Positions 1 through 11,831 of a stretch of DNA of 64,000 bases are shown here, piece after piece. Where the stretch lies: the NCBI RefSeq assembly GCF_963921235.1, contig NC_086102.1:44020001-44084000 (forward strand), written 5' to 3'. A program made the translations under genes and the position numbers. How positions within the stretch are numbered: position 1 is the first letter of the stretch; each line of letters begins with the position of its first letter. Origin of the DNA: Mobula hypostoma. Its lineage: Eukaryota. The notes below the pieces were generated by a model that did no database searches, was not told the DNA's origin, and was given only the letters and a program-made list of their open reading frames with translations.

Positions 1-165
1 TATTGGACCCGTTTACAGAATGGTCTCTAATCCGAGTCCAATAATATCTCGCCGAATCCACCCGCTCGTCCCCGGATAACAGGGAACAGCCGATCCGAGC
101 TGTCTGTCCTCGGAGAAGGGTCAGAGCTGAAGGTGTCTGATTCACTTTCAGAGCAACAATTGGCC
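1..165 (-). CDS. Gene C exon 2 (partial): IgV domain, NKp30/CD28H-like VJ-type receptor paralog; runs off the window start
   Basis: Pyrimidine-rich acceptor (ttttctgttctag|GG). The phase-1 frame reads (G)PIVALKVNQTPSALTLLRGQTARIGCSLLSGDERVDSARYYWTRIRDHSVNGSN, with the IgV A-strand Q-x-P, B-strand Cys and C-strand Trp. About 15 of 38 residues match gene A's V domain by manual alignment. Not in the ORF track. Confidence 0.85.
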
Positions 166-258
166 CTAGAACAGAAAATCACCACAATTAGCAAAAAGAT
201 TCAAAATTATGAGAAGGCAACGAGAATAAATGTCAAACGGAGAGAACGCGTGAATTAC

Positions 259-307
259 CGGGGAGAAACAGCCAGAGCGTGTACAGTAAGATTCCGAGTA
301 GTGACAT
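259..307 (-). CDS. Gene C exon 1: signal peptide
   Basis: ATG at 307 gives MSLLGILLYTLWLFLP(G), then a phase-1 donor G|GTAATT. A 93-nt intron joins it in frame to the V exon at 165. Confidence 0.85.
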
Positions 308-349
308 GTTGGGTGAAGGAAGAGTCGGGGCAGGAATCACCCAGCTCTG

Positions 350-420
350 ATGGTCATTTTATAAAGTGTAAAATCGCTGCAGAATTTGTGGCGGTTTCAC
401 TTCAGTGCGTCACGTGTGGC
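350..420 (-). promoter_or_regulatory. Putative gene C core promoter
   Basis: Minus-strand TATAAAA (363-357) about 50 nt upstream of the ATG. Further upstream are an IRF-type AAGTGAAA and an overlapping CACGTGAC E-box / TGACGCA CRE-like site. Confidence 0.45.
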
Positions 421-1329
421 AGACTGGCGGAAAGTTTAATTAAACAACTCTTCAATCGTTCCAAGCATTGGCCGTCTTGCACTGACAACTGATGAAATAG
501 GCAAACGAGAAGCTGGAATTTGTAAATAACCACTGAAAATATTTTCTGAAAAGCTAGCAGATGCACTTAAGTAAAAACGAAAACATTTTGGCAACGTTCA
601 GCAGGTCAGAGAGCATCCAGAGAAAAATATGAGAAAAAATTTTTATCATTTCTGAGAGAAAGTGTGATTCAAGAGACTCAGGGGTAATGCTGTGCTGGAA
701 GAACAAGGTGAATGAGCAGCATCTGTGGGAGGGAAGTTCGCATGGAGACGCTGCATCGGTACTGAGTTATCGTTTCATTGAGACATGAAACAGAAAAGCA
801 GAAAATATGTCGCTGCCGGACTTGCTGAGAGGAGCATCTTAAGTTCTCATTTCAGCAAATGATCACCTGCTTTAAGAGATCGATCACTCAAGCGAGGTGA
901 GGACTTGTCCGCTGTGAATGGTTGGTATCGAGAAATACCGGCTGAGTCTTAGAGTCACGGAACAATAGGGCCCGAACGCAGCGCCGTCGGTTCAACCAGC
1001 CCACGCAGACCACGTTATCCATCTCTAGCCAGTTCCAATTTCCTGCATTCAGCCCATATCCCTCCAGGCCCCTTCCCTCAAGTGGTTCTTATATAATACT
1101 ATTGCACATGATTTTTGCACTATTTAGAAATTTTATGTCTTATCACTGTACCGCTGCCACGAATTCTGCGACATATTTCAATATTAATAAACCTGATTCT
1201 CATTCTGATACTGGTTTTTCCTCAACCACTTCTTCTGGCAGCTTGTTCCCTATACTCATCACCCTCTGCGTGGGAAAAGTTGTCCCTGGGATCCCTTTTA
1301 AATTTCCCCCCTCATCCTAAATTTATGCC

Positions 1330-2689
1330 TGTCATAAGTGGGGTGCTGGGAGCGGACCCAAATGCAAGACACAGACACTGAAGTACTAGGAACCGGACTA
1401 GAGTTAGGGACGGGACTGGATGCAGACTAGGAGCTGGGACAAGAACACAGACTTGGGCTAGGACTTGACTAGGAAAGCGGGACCTGGACGAGGAACTAGG
1501 AACTTGGAACCTGGACAAGGACTCCGAGCCAGAGACTGGACAAGGACCCGAAACCTGGGTCTTGACTCGGGCTCGGACCCCGGATCCAAGCAAGGAGATG
1601 ACGTGGCTACAGGACTGGACGACGCACATGGACAGGACGAGAACACAAAGCCTGACTTGGACAGGACTTGGACTAGACGAGGTTCTTGGACGTGGCCAGG
1701 ACTAGACGAGGTTCTTGGACAGGACGAGAGACTCCAGCACAGGACGAAGGAACTCCAGCACCGGGCTGGACGAGAACACGAAACCCTGATTTGGTCGACG
1801 GAAAGACAGGAACGCAGAGCCTTGGTCGAGGGAGAGAGGAACATGGAACACAGAGCCGGGACCCCTCCTTGGGAACAGGACGTAGGGCCAGGACTCATAC
1901 ACAGAATGCAGAACACAACGAGATGTTTCTCAACACTAGGTAGCAGCAAACGGCCAGACCTACCTAGCGAAGGTGTGGACACAGAGACAGTTCAAAACAA
2001 CGATAGACAGTTCCTTATCTTGCTCTGGTGGTTGAACCTGACAGTGGTGCAGGCGAGGGTTACAGGCGAAGCAAAACTTCAGGCGAGGCTTGGTAAGGCT
2101 TCAGGCAGGGCTTAGTCATAGTCATACTTTATTAATCCCAGGGGGAAATTGGTTTTCATTACAGTTGCACCATAAATGATAAATAGTAATAGAACCATAA
2201 ATAGTTAAATAGTAATATGTAAATTATGCCAGTAAATTATGAAATAAGTCCAGGACCAGCCTATCGGCACAGGGTGTCTGACCCTCCAAGGGAAGAGTTG
2301 TAAAGTTTGATGGCCACAGGCAGGAATGACTTCCTATGATGCTCTGTGCTGCATCTTGGAGGAATGAGTCTCTGGCTGAATGCACTCCTGTGCCCACCCA
2401 GTACATTATGTAGTGGATGGGAGACATTGACCAAGATGGCCTGCAACTTAGACAGCATCCTCTTTTCAGAACCACCGTGAGAGAGTCCACAGGAGGAAGG
2501 GGAGGGGAAGGGAACAGTCCAGCAAATGAAGCTGAGCCCAGGAGCTATTTATGTAGCCAGCCCAAAATCAGTTTCATATGCTTCAATTAAGGCACACAAC
2601 AGGACCAGGGAAAACCTGAAAACCTGGAGTACAGATCGATGGACCGGACCGTGAACCGGAATGCGGATTTTACAGACCGGACCGTGACA
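1330..2689 (+). mobile_element. Solo LTR copy 1 (TGTCA...TGACA), interrupted by a LINE 3' fragment
   Basis: TGTCA at 1330 and TGACA at 2685-2689. The 5-bp flanks atgcc/atgtc are a target-site duplication (TSD) with one mismatch. Sequence is homologous to the inverted copy at 2944-4513. Strand is relative to that copy; the true LTR sense is not determined. Confidence 0.75.
2113..2490 (-). mobile_element. Rex1/Babar-type LINE 3' fragment nested in solo LTR 1
   Basis: Encodes MLSKLQAILVNVSHPLHNVL...SFLPVAIKLYNSS, near-identical to the C-terminus of the long copy (51180-51366). Has a short (TAGTCA)n tail. Confidence 0.85.
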
Positions 2690-2943
2690 ATGTCCTCTGA
2701 TTTGGGTTTCCCTTCCCAGGGAAAAGACTGCTTCCATTCCCCATTATCCATGCCTCCCATAATTTAAAATGCTTCTATAAGATTGTCCACCATTCTCTTA
2801 CATTCTAAGTAATAAGGATCCAGAGTGACCAGACTTTTTTCGTAACTCAGACCCTCTAGACCCAGCAATACCCTCATTTTTGTACTCTTTCCAATTTAAC
2901 TGCAGTTTTTCTATAATAAAGTGACCTAAACTGTACACCAAAC

Positions 2944-4513
2944 TGTCATGGTCCAGTCCGTGAAGCCCGCTTTCCAGTTCATGGTCCGGTCCATTGTTCC
3001 TTATTCCAGGTTTTCTAGTTTTCCCTTGTCCTATTGTGTGCCTTAATTGAGGCACATGATTCTCATTTTAGGCTGGCTACATAAACAGCTCCTTGGTTCA
3101 GCTTCAGTTGCTGGACTGTTCTCTCCTCTTCCTTCTGAAGCCTCGCCTGCTACCTTCGCCTGTGTCCTTGCCTGTAATGCTGTCAGGTTCAACCACCAGG
3201 GCAAGATCGGGGCCTTGCTGTGTCTAGATAGGGAACTGTCTTTTGTTGTTTGGAACTGTCTCTTTGTGTCCTCGCCTTTGTTAGGTAGGTCTGGCCGTTT
3301 GCCACTACTTTGTGTTAGGAACCATGTCTGTGTCCACGCCTTCGCTAGGTAGGTCTGGCCGTTTGCCGCTACCTTGAGTGGAGATCTGTCTCTCAGTATT
3401 CTGTGTATGAGTCCCAGCCCTATGTCCTGCTCCCTAGGAGGGGTTCTGACTCTGTGTAGAGCCCCGGCCCCAAGTCCTGTTCCCAAGGAGGTGTCCCAGC
3501 TCTGTGTTCCATGTTCCTGTTCTCCCTCGACCAAGGCTCTGCATTCCTGTTCTCCCTCGACCAAGGCTCTGCGTTCCTGTTCTCCCTCAACCAAGTCAAG
3601 GCTTCGTGTTCTCGTCCTGTCCATGTGCTTCGCCCAGCCCAGGAGTACCTCGCTCAGCCTGATGCTGGGGTTCTCTTGTCCTGTCTTGGAGTCTCACGTC
3701 CAATCCTATTGCCAGTACTCGTCCTGTAGCCACATCTTGTCCTCACCTAGATCCAGGGTCTGAGCCTGAGTCAAGACCCAGGTTCTGGGTCCCTGTCCAG
3801 TCTCTGGCTCTGAGTCCTTGTCCAGGTTCCAAGTTCCTTGTTCCTCATCCAGGTCCCGCTTCCCTAGTCATTCGCTGCTGTCGTTACTGCGCGGTCAGGA
3901 ATCTTCCGGAGGGAAGGCCTCAAAATCCCCGGCCTTGCCTGCCGTTGGCGACCGAGTTTGAGGTCGAATTGTTTGGACAGAGATGGCGCTCAGTACTCGG
4001 TGTCAGAGAGCTGATTCGGAGGCTCGAAGTTTTCCGATGACTCAGAGACGGATTGTGGTCAGGCATGGCAGGGAGAGTTTTTCTTCCTTCTCCCGTCTGC
4101 GTGAGATGTGGGACATTTGAGAGACTTTGAACTTTGTACTGTGCTCATGGACTTCTTCATCAAGTTATAGTATTGTTGCACTGTTGTAACTATATGTTGT
4201 AATTATGTGGTTTTGTTAGTTTTTTCAGTCTTGGTCTGTCCTGTGTTTTGTGATATCACACCGGAGAAAATATTGTATCGTTTCTTAATGCATGCATTAC
4301 TAAATGATAATAAAAGAGGACTGCGTGTCTTCATAATCATATCATCATAGTCCTAGCCCAGCCCTGTATCCTGGCCTCGTGCAGGGCCTGTGACTTGTCC
4401 AGTGCCATTTCTTCCCCACTTCCCTTGCTTGCTTGACTCACCTAGTCCTGTTCCTAGAACTTCAGTGTCTGTGTCTTGCATTTGAGTCCGCCATTAACGC
4501 CCCCCTTGTGACA
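2944..4513 (-). mobile_element. Solo LTR copy 2, inverted relative to copy 1, with nested insertion
   Basis: TGTCA at 2944 and TGACA at 4509-4513. Perfect 5-bp TSD caaac (2939-2943 / 4514-4518). Reverse-complement homology to 1330-2689. Confidence 0.8.
3870..4347 (+). mobile_element. Non-autonomous retroelement nested in solo LTR 2
   Basis: Flanked by TSD tagtc (3865-3869 / 4348-4352) and ends in AATAAA plus a (CAT/CATAAT)n tail. Homologous to 30815-31453. Confidence 0.7.
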
Positions 4514-4544
4514 CAAACTCCAAATACAGCCTCTCAAACAACTT

Positions 4545-5305
4545 ATACAACAACACTATATCCCAATACCAACCCAGGAGACAAGGAGGCATACAAGAGT
4601 GAAATAGATCTGTTGATTGAGTGGTGTCATAACAACAACTTTGCACTCAACAGCAGCAAGTGTGAGTATTTGTCTGTGGATTTCAGAAAGGGAAAGTCAG
4701 GAGATCTACCCCACTCCTCATTGTCAGCTCAGTGGTAGAAAGGGTGAGCAACTTCAAGTTCTTGGGCATCAATGTCTCAGTGTCTATCCTGAGCCCAACA
4801 CAATGATGCAATCACAAAGAAGGGACATCAACAGCTCCAGGAGATTTGGTATGTAACCAAGGTCACCTGCAAATCCCTACCATGGAGAATGTTCTGACTG
4901 GTTGTATCACAGCCTGGTCCAGAGCCTTCAATGTGCAGAATTGCATGAGGCTGCAGAGGTTTGGAGATTCAGCCATTTCCATCACAGGCACAATACTTCC
5001 CACCATCGTGGACACCTTCAAGTGGCAGCAGCTCAAGAAGCTGGCATCCATCTGGGACATGCCCTCTAGCACTACTACCTTCAGAGGAGCCTGAAGACCT
5101 ACACTCGACACTTTAAAAAGAGCTTCTTCACTCTGCCATCAGATTTCTGAACAGTTTGCAAATCCATGAACACTACCTCATTATTTGCCTTTGCACTATT
5201 TGTTTATTTTGTAATTTGTAGTAACTTTTATGTCCTGTATTGCACTGCCACAAAACATCAGATTTCATGACCTAGGTTAGTGAAAATAAACCTCATTTTG
5301 ATTCT
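4545..5305 (+). mobile_element. Degraded Rex/L2-like LINE 3' fragment
   Basis: Frameshifted RT C-terminal motifs (DKEAYKSEIDLLIEWCHNNNFALNSSK, VDFRKG; ENVLTGCITAW), followed by a 3' UTR with AATAAA. Confidence 0.7.
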
Positions 5306-5814
5306 ATACATACTTGCCCTGACTGATGAATGGCAGCATGCTAAAGACCTTTTTCACCATCCTGTCTACCTGTGTTGCAGATTTTAATAAACTAATCACT
5401 TGCACTTCTTACCACCACTAACCCCACAATTCCTCTACACTCTCTATTGCCCTACCATTCATAGTATAGGTCCTAAACTGATATGACTTTCCAAAATGCA
5501 TCACCTCGTACTTATCTGTATTGAAATGAATTTGCTATTCCTTGGCCCACTTCCCTAACTGATCAAGATCCACTGTAATCGATGATAACATCCTTCACTA
5601 ACAACACCACCTCCCTTATTTTGTGTCATCCACAAACTTGCTGATCAAGCCTTGTGCATTAACATCCTTCTATAAATAATGAATAACCAAGGTCCAGTAT
5701 GAGTGTCCCTGTGACTGCTCCTGCCCCTGTGGCACATGAGTAGTCACTGGCCACCATTCTGAGATACAATCTTCAACCACCACCCTTCTGCTTCCTACCC
5801 ACAAAACAACCTAC

Positions 5815-6390
5815 CTCTGAGACCTTGGTCAGTCCACACTTGGAGTACTGTGTTCATTTCTGGTCACCTCACTACAGGAAGCATGTGGATACTATAGTAA
5901 GTGTGCAGAGGAGATTTACGAGGATGTTGCCTGGATTGGAGGGTGTACCTTATGAGGATAGGTTGAGTGAACTTGGCCTTTCCTCCTTGGAGCAATGGAA
6001 GATGAGAGGTGTCCTGATAGAGATAGTGTATAAGATGATGAGGGGCATTGATCGTGTGGATAGCCAGAGGCTTTTTTCCCAGGGCTGAAATGACTAACAA
6101 GAGGGGCATAGTTTTAATGTGCTTGGAAATAGGTACTGAGGGGATGCCAGGGGGATGTTTTTCACACTGAGAGTGGTGGGTGCATGGAATGCACTGCAGG
6201 TGGTGGTGATGAAAGCGGATACGATAGGGTTTTTTAAGAGCCTCTTAGATAGGTACATGGAGCTTAGAAATATAGAAGGCTATGCCATAGGGAAATTCTA
6301 AGCAGTTTCTAGAGTAGGTTACATGGTCGGCGCAACAGTTTGGTCCGAAGGGCCTGTAATGTGCTGTAGATTTCTATGTCCTATGTTCTA
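5815..6390 (+). mobile_element. CR1 LINE 3' end
   Basis: LVSPHLEYCVHFWSPHYRK...VQRRFTRMLPG motif and a TTCTATG-type tail. Confidence 0.85.
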
Positions 6391-7330
6391 AATAGCTCTC
6401 CCTGGATTCCAGGAGAATTAACCCTGCAGACCAGGCCACCATGTGGGACCTTGTTGAAGGCCTTACTAAAGCCCAGATAGACAATATCCACTGCTTTGCC
6501 TTCATCTACCCTTTTGGCTACCTCTTCAAAGAGCTCTAAAAGATTCAACTAGCACAACCTCCCATGTTCAAAGCTATTCTAACTCCTCCGAATCAGCCTC
6601 TGTCTACCCAAATGCTGATAGATTCTGTCACTCAGAATTCCCTCCATCTACTCCCCCAATACTGATAACTGGCTGATTAGCCTGTAGTTCCCTGGCCTGT
6701 CCTTTCCACCCTTCTTGAACAATGGAACATTAGCCACCCTCCAGTCTTCTGGAACATCACCAATGACTAACAATGAAACAAATATCTTTGCAAGGGCCTC
6801 TGCAATTTTCTCTCTATCCTCTTACAAAGTCCAAGGACATACTCAGTCAGGCCCTGGGGACTTATTCACCTTAATGTGCTGTAAGGCTGCAAATACATCC
6901 TTCCTGGCATTACGAACTTTTTCCAAAACATCTCCACTTTTTTCCCCTTCTCTTGAGCAAGCACTGTGGAGAACTATTCACTTATCTATCCCACCTGTTT
7001 CCTGTGGCTCGAGATATTTACGGCCCTGCTGGTATCTAAGAGGACCTGCTCTCTCTAGACACCTTTTTATTCTTTATGTAGCTGGACATCCTCTGAGAAT
7101 TGTGCTTAATCTTAAGTGCCAAATCCATCTCTTATATTCTCTTTGCCCTCCTGATTTCCATCGTTACTGTATTCTTAATCTTTTTATGGCCGTCAAGAGA
7201 CTTACATCTCCTCGACTTCTTAAAAGCATTGTTCACTTTCTTCTTTATCTTAACAAGTGCAACTGGGGCATTTTATGCCCAGCTGGTGCTAGATGTTTTG
7301 TTTTCATATTACTGAGATGTTTGTGTGTTA
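6390..7330 (-). mobile_element. Degraded CR1 ORF2 fragment
   Basis: Reverse complement of the CR1 pre-RT region (GDWRVANV-PLFKKG, NYRPVSL-type), matching the start of the 10320 copy. Confidence 0.65.
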
Positions 7331-7399
7331 AAAAGAACTACTTTGGCCTTTAGTACAATGTATGATTTCATCTGTGGGAATGGTTGATTTCATAGACGG

Positions 7400-7860
7400 T
7401 AGAGCGAAGGAGTTCAAAATAAAGCAGAGAATATTCAGTAGGTTAAGTAGCATTTGTGGGAAGGGAAACAGAGGTAACATTTCTGGTTGAAGAGTTTTAG
7501 TCAGGACTGGGAAGGAGACCAAAGACACTCGTAAAGAGGTAGGGTGGAGGATGGGAGGAAAGGGGAATGCTTCTGATAGGATAAAATGAGGGTAACCATG
7601 GAGTTAGGCTAACAATTAAAGTTATCTGGTCAGTGATTAAATGGGAGCAGTAAGAGGGTGATAACATAGACAAAGAATGGGGGAGACTGGTCACGTCCAC
7701 CACTTCCAAAGAAAAGAAATAGGGAAGGAGGAAATCTGTGCTAATATTACAGATGGGCAACTGACACAGACCAAGAAATCACATTACCTGAGGCTATAAC
7801 ATTCAGAATGGAATCCAAAAGATTGCAACATGCCCACACAGATTAGGTTCTTCTCTTCAT
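7400..7860 (-). mobile_element. Penelope-like element terminal remnant
   Basis: Degenerate terminal motif plus a purine-rich tract shared with 47455-48845. Confidence 0.45.
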
Positions 7861-8624
7861 GTTTGATATTTTACCTGACCATTATGTCATTGCATGGTAT
7901 GCTCATTTTTCTGTGAAAGATTTCATTTTCAGATTATTCATTGTCATACGCACTGGAGTGCAATAAAACTCCTTGCTCATGTGAAGATCACAGAGTAAAC
8001 AGTGCACATGGTAACAATAATAAATATAACAACAGGTGCAAACCAAAGGAACGGTGCAAAGTATAGTAGTGCAAACTGAAGTTGTCCAAGAAGAAATGCT
8101 GAATACAATAATGGAAGAGGTAGATGGACAAGGAGTTCCTAGCCAACCCAGTTACCATTTATTCCATTGTTTAAGCTTTAATATACACCATTGCAGAAAA
8201 ATACATTAGGCATCCTATGAAGATTCAGCATTAGATGTGGCATGAAGTGCAGGGTTGTTGAGAAGTGAAGGTGGCGCCAGCAAACAATATGACCAAAGCC
8301 AACGTCTTTCAGACAGTCCACAAAACTACTTCTTTCACTTTTTTTTCCTCTCAAATGTGGTTCGACTACTGTTGGACCCTGTGATCTACATTGCAGTGGT
8401 GTGTTTTCGGGCCAAGTCCGCAATCTGGTGCTTTGCTGTCTCCAAGGGGGTTCCGTGAGATTTCATGCAAACTGTGCGGCCTGAAGGCCAAAAGTCCTGG
8501 AGACAGGGTGTGAGCCCACGATTCACACTGCTTCTCACCAATCTCATTGAGGAAAAATGAAATTATCGAGGCGAGAGTGGAAAGTGAGCAGGTTCAGCTC
8601 CGTCTACCAGCCTCTTGCTTGGTG

Positions 8625-9190
8625 CTGCCAGAGAAAGGTGTCTGCATGTGACAATTCTCTCTCTCACCCTCTCATCCGCTGCTCCCAGAGGGAGGTCCCG
8701 GCATTCGAATGGTCTCGCTCTCCCTCTCCCTCAAAGCTGCTGGGAGATGGTGCTGGCATCCTGGTCTTGGGCAAGGTTTAACTGATGTGTTTTGTGAATT
8801 GGACTCTGTAGTTCACGTTATGATGTGTTCCTGGTTTCTGGTCGCACTTTTTTTGTTACTATTTTGATTGGAGTGGACCAGCTCTGCAACCTGAAGTTAA
8901 CGGGCAACACAGAACTGGATTGAACTGAACTGAGCTGAACTGAATATGTCTGGACTGGTTGGATGATTTGTAGTTTGGTGTTTTATATTCTGTGTTTTCA
9001 CTTGTTTTCTTTTTTGCTGTTTGCTTGATGTGTTCTTTTTTTTTGCATGTTGGGAGTTTGATGTTTTTCTTTGTGTGGATCCATGGTTATTCTTTGTTTT
9101 GTGGTTACCTGTGGGAAGACAAAGCTCAGGGTTGTATATTGCACACATTCTTTGATAATAAATGTACCTTGAATCTTGAATCTTTGAATT
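8625..9190 (+). mobile_element. Non-autonomous retroelement / LINE 3' UTR remnant
   Basis: Ends in AATAAA plus a (TCTTGAA)n tail and contains an internal (GAACT)n repeat. Confidence 0.45.
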
Positions 9191-9254
9191 TATGGTTGGA
9201 AGTCTGTCAAAGAATCATACGCTGCAGAGTTGTGCACTCACACGCCATGTGTTG

Positions 9255-9590
9255 TGGTGCAAGATCAGCAGTGGTGCAGATAATAGAGCCGTTGCCTTAC
9301 AATTTAACTAACTAGGTTTATTCCTGACTTCTAGTACCGCCTACATGGAGGTTGCATGTTCTCCCCGTGACTGTGCATGTTTACTCTGGATTTCTCCCAT
9401 ATCCCAGACGTGTTGCTGGTTAGTTTAAATTACTTCTGTGTACCTTCTCCTGGTGTACAGGTGAGTTGTAGAATCTCAGGAGAGTTAACAGGGATGTGAG
9501 CACGATAAAACTTTGCATAAACACAGAAATAGTGTAAATGGGTGTTTGATGCGCAGGGGATTCAGGCATGGCTAAAACACTATGATACAG
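9255..9590 (+). mobile_element. tRNA-derived SINE (V-SINE-like), degraded
   Basis: Contains the conserved core TGGAGGTTGCATGTTCTCCCCGTG...TTTCTCCCATATCCC typical of fish and shark SINEs. A related fragment lies near 40940-41070. Confidence 0.55.
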
Positions 9591-9595
9591 ATATA

Positions 9596-10167
9596 TACTC
9601 AGTGGTCACTTTATTGGTACAGGAGGTGCCTACTAAAGTGGCCACTGATTGAATGTCCATGGTCTTCTGTTGCTATAGCCCATCCACTTCGAAGTTTGAC
9701 TTGCTGTGTGTTCAGAGATGCTCTTCTGCACACCACTTTTGAGTTATTTGAGTTACTGTCACCTTCCCATCAATTTGAACCAGTCTGGCCATTCTCCTGA
9801 CCTTCATCACTAGCAAGGCATTTTTGCCCACAGATCTCCCTTCACTGGATGTTTTTTTAAAAAAAATATTTGTTTCTTTTTTGCACCATTCTCTCTAAAC
9901 TTTGAACTCTTAAACTCTAAGAGCCTGTGTGCATGAAAATCCCAGGAGATCAGCAGTTTCTGAGATATTCAAAGTATCTCACCTGGCACAAACAATCATT
10001 CTATGGACAAAATCACTTAGATCATATTAATTCCCCATTCTGATGTTGGTCTGAGCAACAACTGAACACCTTGACCTCGTCTGCATGCTTTTATGCACTG
10101 AGTGGCTGCCACAATTGACATTAATGAGCAGGTGTACTGGTGTACCTAACAAACTGGCCACTGAGAG
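9596..10167 (-). mobile_element. Tc1/mariner-type non-autonomous element (MITE)
   Basis: TA-flanked terminal inverted repeats (TIRs), consensus CACTCAGTGGCCACTTTATTAGGTACA. Homologous to 49227-49752 in the opposite orientation. Confidence 0.75.
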
Positions 10168-10319
10168 TAAGAGGCAAGACAAACAGAGACAAGAAATTTG
10201 CATCCATACACTCTGATAGAGAGTTTTCCAATCTAATTTGTTTCTATTATCATCTTTTGCTCTGATAAGTATACAATTTCTCATGGTCTACAAAATGGTC
10301 TGCATCCCACAGTGCTTCA

Positions 10320-11831
10320 GGAAGTAGCCCAAAAAATAGTGGATGCATTAGTGATAATTTTTCAAAACTCTTTAGATTCTGGACTAGTTCCTGAGGATTG
10401 GAGGGTGGCTAATGTAACCCCACTTTTTAAAAAAGGAGAGAGAAACCAGGGAATTATAGACCAATTAGCCTAACATCGGTGGTGGGGGAAATGCTAGAGT
10501 CAGTTATCAGAGATGTGATAACAGCACATTTGGAAAGCGGTGAAATCATCGGACAAAGTCAGCATGGATTTGTGAAAGGAAAATCATGTTGACGAATCTC
10601 AGAATTTTTTGAGGATGTAACTAGTAGAGTGGATAGGGGAGAACCAGTGGATGTGGTATATTTGGATTTTCAATAGGCTTTTGACAAGGTCCCACACAGG
10701 AGATTAATGTGCAAACTTAAAGCACACGGTATTGGGGGTATGGTATTGATGTGGATAGAGAATTGGTTGGCAGACGGAAAGCAAAGAGTGGAAATAAACG
10801 GGACCTTTTCAGAATGGCATGCAGTGACTAGTGGGGTACCGCAAGGCTCAGTGCTGGGACCCCAGTTGTATACAATATATATTAATGACTTAGACGAGGG
10901 AATTAAATGCAGCATCTCCAAGTTTGTGGATGACACGAAGCTGGGCAGCAGTGTTAGCTGTGAGGAGGATGCAGGGTGACTTGGATAGGTTAGGTGAGTG
11001 GGCAAATTCATGGCAGATGCAATTTAATGTGGATAAATGTGAGGTTATCTACTTTGGTGGCAAGAACAGGAAAAGATTATTATCTGAATGGTGGCCGATT
11101 AGGAAAAGGGGAGGTGCAACGAGACCTGGGTGTCATTGTACACCAGTCATTGAAAGTGGGCATGCAGGTACAGCAGGCGGTTTAAAAGGTGAATCATATG
11201 CTGGCATTCATAGCAAGAGGATTCGAGTACAGGAGCAGGGAGGTTCTACTGCAGTTGTACAAGGCCTTGGTGAGACCACACCTGGAGTATTGTGTGCAGT
11301 TTTGGTCCCCTAATCTGAGGAAAGGCATTCTTGCCATAGAGGGAGTACAAAGAAGGTTCACCAGATTGATTCCTGGGATGGCAGGACTTTCATATGATGA
11401 AAGACTGGATCGACTAGGCTTATACTCTCTGGAATTTAAGAGGGGGTATCTGATTGAAACGTATAAAATTCTAAAGGGATTGGACAGGCTAGATGCAGGG
11501 AGATTATTCCCGATGTTGGGGAAGTCCAGAACGAGGGGTCACAGTTTGAGGATAAAGGGGAAGCCTTTTAGGACCGAGATGAGGAAAAACTTCTTCACAC
11601 AGAGAGTGGTGAATCTGTGGAATTCTCTGCCACAGGAAACAGTTGAGGCCAGTTCATTGGCTATATTTAAGAGGGAGTTAGATATGGCCCTTGTGGTTAA
11701 AGGGATCAGGGTGTACGGAGAGGAGGCAGGTACAGGGTTCTGAGTAGGACGATCAGCCATGATCATACTGAATGGCGGTGCATCCTCAAAGGGCCGAATG
11801 GCCTACTCCTGCACCTATTTTCTATGTTTCT
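10320..11831 (+). mobile_element. 5'-truncated CR1 LINE (RT and 3' UTR), frameshifted
   Basis: [30 protein letters not shown] and LVRPHLEYCVQFWSP motifs across frames, with a TTCTATGTTTCTA tail. Confidence 0.92.

Noticed and set aside
133-492. 119-aa plus-strand ORF
   Set aside because: It is antisense to gene C's leader, intron and V exon and has no recognisable domain.
1458-3763. Long ORFs (174-216 aa) in the LTRs
   Set aside because: They arise from short internal tandem repeats in solo LTRs and have no gag or pol motifs.
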